Below, piece after piece: positions 61,487 through 64,000 of a DNA stretch of 64,000 nucleotides. The first letter of the stretch is position 1, and every line of letters starts with the position of its first letter. Both the position numbers and the translations under genes were made by a program. The notes under the pieces were generated by a model. The model did not search any database, was not told the DNA's origin, and saw only the letters and a program-made list of their open reading frames with translations. This DNA comes from an uncultured Methanomicrobiales archaeon (GTDB lineage: Archaea; Halobacteriota; Methanomicrobia; Methanomicrobiales; Methanospirillaceae). The DNA lies in assembly GCA_963697895.1 (NCBI GenBank), contig OY969100.1, positions 736,001 through 800,000 on the forward strand, written 5' to 3'.

Positions 61487-62942
61487 TTTTATCCTCATTT
61501 TCGAGGCCGACGATGCTGATAAATTTCTTCAGGATCGGTTCGATGACTAGATTCAGGAGTTCTTCCTTGTTCTTGACCCTCCTGAAATAAGAGAGGGGTA
61601 TTGTAGCCGCAGCCATATTCGGGTGACCCCCCGCATCCCCGATGTCCCCAAAGGATTCTTCCAGAACGTTCCCGATATGGAGGCGAATATCTCGATTCCT
61701 TGCAGAAATGATGATTGCATCGTCAGATATACCATATACCAGTGCGGTATTCACCCCTTCGAGATTTATGAGGAGATCTGCAGCCTGAGGAAGGGTGTCA
61801 CGGTTTCTCACGTAACCGATATTGGAGAAGAGATATCCGCTACGGATCCTCCTGTTTCTGATCGCATTCCCGAGCACGTCCAGGGTCTCCTGGGAGAGGG
61901 AGGGGGACATGATCTTGTCAAGGAGATCTGCATCAGTAAGCGGGAGAAGGAAAGCAGCATAATTCAGATCCTGAGAAGTCACATTTCTCCTGAATTCCCG
62001 GGTATCAGAACGGATCCCATAAAGGAGCCCTGTTGCCACGTTCCGATCGATTGTCATATCCAGTTCCTGCATATACTGTGTCAGTATACTCGCAGTCGCA
62101 CCGAGCCCGGGACGAATATCCACGAAACTGGTCCCTGATTCCAGGTTGGAACCGTCACGGTGATGATCGATTACGATATGAACCCGGGTTCGCGGGCTGA
62201 GGGCGTTGTTCATACCCGGAGCGGAACAATCCACCAGGGCGAGATAATTACATTCTTGGAGAAGCTGAGGGGTCAGCCGCTCCATTTTGATCTCAAGAAG
62301 ATTCACCATTGTCCGGTTCTCCTGGTGACCGATGATACCATCATAGAAAATCCGGCATATCAGTTTACCAGGGTTCGCGTTCCGGGCAATCGCGACGAGG
62401 GCCATCGCACTGGAGATTGCATCCGGGTCCGGATTGTTGTGGGTAATTACACCGAGGGTTCCTTCTATACCCGCCAGAAGAGTGAAGAGTCGTTGTGAAA
62501 GCTTATTGGCATGAATCTTATTGATCTGAAGGATCGCTGCCTTTGCCATCACCTGCGGGGGATATAACACATATTCGGCACCTGCGGACTCCAGAACGCC
62601 GGCACTTATCGGATCTATCGCCCGTGCGACAACATGGGTCTCCGGATGGTGCTGTTTGATAATTCTGAGGGCATTCAAATTGGCATCATGATCCCTGGTG
62701 AGAATAAAAGCGATTTCAAAGGATGGAAGCCGCTGGAGAAGTCCCTGATCCGTGAGATCCCGGACAATTGCATCATAATTCTGATCCCGAAGTTCTTTGA
62801 CCCGGTCTTCGTCCCGGTCAATCACGATGACCGGCCCGTTCTCCTTGGCAAGTTCCTGCAGAATGTTGTAGCCGACACTTCCGCACCCGAAGATAGCATA
62901 TTTAACCCGTTCCGACTGTTCTTTCTGGGCTGACTCAGGCAT
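61476..62942 (-). CDS. TrkA-N (RCK) domain fused to DHH/DHHA1 phosphoesterase
   Basis: IFGCGSVG; THNNPDPDAISS; IDHH; DAGGH. Confidence 0.92.
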   Translation of the reverse strand: MPESAQKEQSERVKYAIFGCGSVGYNILQELAKENGPVIVIDRDEDRVKELRDQNYDAIVRDLTDQGLLQRLPSFEIAFILTRDHDANLNALRIIKQHHPETHVVARAIDPISAGVLESAGAEYVLYPPQVMAKAAILQINKIHANKLSQRLFTLLAGIEGTLGVITHNNPDPDAISSAMALVAIARNANPGKLICRIFYDGIIGHQENRTMVNLLEIKMERLTPQLLQECNYLALVDCSAPGMNNALSPRTRVHIVIDHHRDGSNLESGTSFVDIRPGLGATASILTQYMQELDMTIDRNVATGLLYGIRSDTREFRRNVTSQDLNYAAFLLPLTDADLLDKIMSPSLSQETLDVLGNAIRNRRIRSGYLFSNIGYVRNRDTLPQAADLLINLEGVNTALVYGISDDAIIISARNRDIRLHIGNVLEESFGDIGDAGGHPNMAAATIPLSYFRRVKNKEELLNLVIEPILKKFISIVGLENEDKNEI

Positions 62943-63070
62943 ATAGGGAATGGTGCAACGCGGCAGGATATTAAGGTTGTTTACACGAGTACGGGACGAA
63001 AATGATGAAAAACCGGGGATTTCGAAAGGTTTATTTCTCTCTGTGTACCATTTATCTGGGTCAGTTTAGC

Positions 63071-63144
63071 GGGCTTGTAGCTTAGTTCGGTAGAGCGACG
63101 GACTCTTAATCCGTAGGTCAAGGGTTCAAATCCCTTCAGGCCCG
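63071..63144 (+). tRNA. tRNA-Lys(CTT)
   Basis: GGGCTTG/CAGGCCC acceptor; ACGGA CTCTTAA TCCGT anticodon arm; AAGGG TTCAAAT CCCTT T arm. Confidence 0.97.
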
Positions 63145-63258
63145 TTCGATCTTTCATTTTCGTTTTCCTATTCCACTGGTACCGGCGAAGAAGGATCTCC
63201 CGACTTTTTCTTTGCTCTGGACGATAACCAAATCAGGGAATAAGCCCCGGGGTTTCCC

Positions 63259-64000
63259 TCATTCCACGGGATTATAGATCCGGTCCACATTAAATGACTG
63301 CACCATGTTCAGGGCATCCCATCGGTAGGTATCGAACATATTATCCTTTTCGACAGAATAGGGCGCACTGTAGGTGATGATGTATATCTTGTCGTCGATG
63401 AGCACATACAACTGCATGACCATCCGCATTGGTACTCCCCGCTCGTCTTTCGTGTAATAATTCAGGCCATATGCCTTTACACCCGAGATATAAGTGGTAG
63501 GGGTGTTCGTGGTGGTTGTTATCGAGTATTCCTCCTGTAGATCCGAAACCGCTTTGTTGAAATACGCCTCAAGCTCGGCAGGCTGTGGATTGGGAATGAC
63601 CTTGATCGTGAAGAGAGAAAAGAGCGAGTAACATTCCGTTTTCATATCGTTGCATATTCTTCTCTCCGGCGATGAAAACGTGATTTCGGATGATCGTGAT
63701 TCATCCAGGGTCCAGTTTTTTAAATATTCGAGTGAGTACCGATAATCCCCGCTCTCATAAGTTAGATACTGCAATTCCGGTGTAGGTTCGGGAGTAAGTT
63801 CCGGGGAAGGTTCAGGTGTTTGCTCTGGTGTCTCCGAAATCGGGGTATCTGTGGGTACGGCAGAGGAGAAGATTGTGGCATTCATCGTTTCCGACAGGTT
63901 ATTGTATGCTTGTTCAGCATCATTGAGCCTGCTGCTAAGGTCCTGGATTTCCTGCTGCTGAAGGATGTAGACACTGGAAGTGAAAAGAAGGTTACCTACT
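63259..64000 (-). CDS. Membrane-anchored PsbP/DUF1795-like protein, 5' end beyond the window
   Basis: Frame stays open to the window edge (VGNLLFTSSVYILQQQEIQDL...); TPEP linker; YSLEYLKNW and KIYIITYSA pattern. Confidence 0.7.
   Translation of the reverse strand, partial: VGNLLFTSSVYILQQQEIQDLSSRLNDAEQAYNNLSETMNATIFSSAVPTDTPISETPEQTPEPSPELTPEPTPELQYLTYESGDYRYSLEYLKNWTLDESRSSEITFSSPERRICNDMKTECYSLFSLFTIKVIPNPQPAELEAYFNKAVSDLQEEYSITTTTNTPTTYISGVKAYGLNYYTKDERGVPMRMVMQLYVLIDDKIYIITYSAPYSVEKDNMFDTYRWDALNMVQSFNVDRIYNPVE
63772..63832 (-). repeat. Imperfect 12-bp tandem repeats encoding a (T/S)PE(P/L/Q) linker
   Basis: ETPEQTPEPSPELTPEPTPEL. Confidence 0.7.

Overview
A 64 kb stretch of an archaeal methanogen chromosome. 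The gene set (methanogenesis markers 2 and mtxX, gatDE, archaeal histone, archaeal SAM synthetase, korDABC-sucCD, rpl11-1-10-12, PEGA and secreted proteins) points to Methanomicrobiales; that taxon is an inference. Most of the window (about 14-63 kb) is core housekeeping. About 4.1-13.9 kb, immediately downstream of tRNA-Thr(GGT), is a loosely packed accessory region with no integrase. Three tRNAs are present: Arg-CCG, Thr-GGT and Lys-CTT. Main observations: (1) a non-coding array of three ~100-nt units at 12.42-12.74 kb with conserved motifs and covarying stems, behind its own TATA box, which I cannot assign to any known RNA family; (2) all six broken genes I found (five CDS and one tRNA) carry a 1-bp insertion at or beside an AGCT tetramer, most likely an assembly footprint of AGCT DNA modification rather than true pseudogenes; (3) a circularly permuted SsuA-type binding protein; (4) several more orphan structured-RNA candidates and a loop-E hairpin over the rpl1 ribosome-binding site. 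All family calls come from motif recognition by eye and all RNA structures were paired by hand; no searches or folding programs were run.
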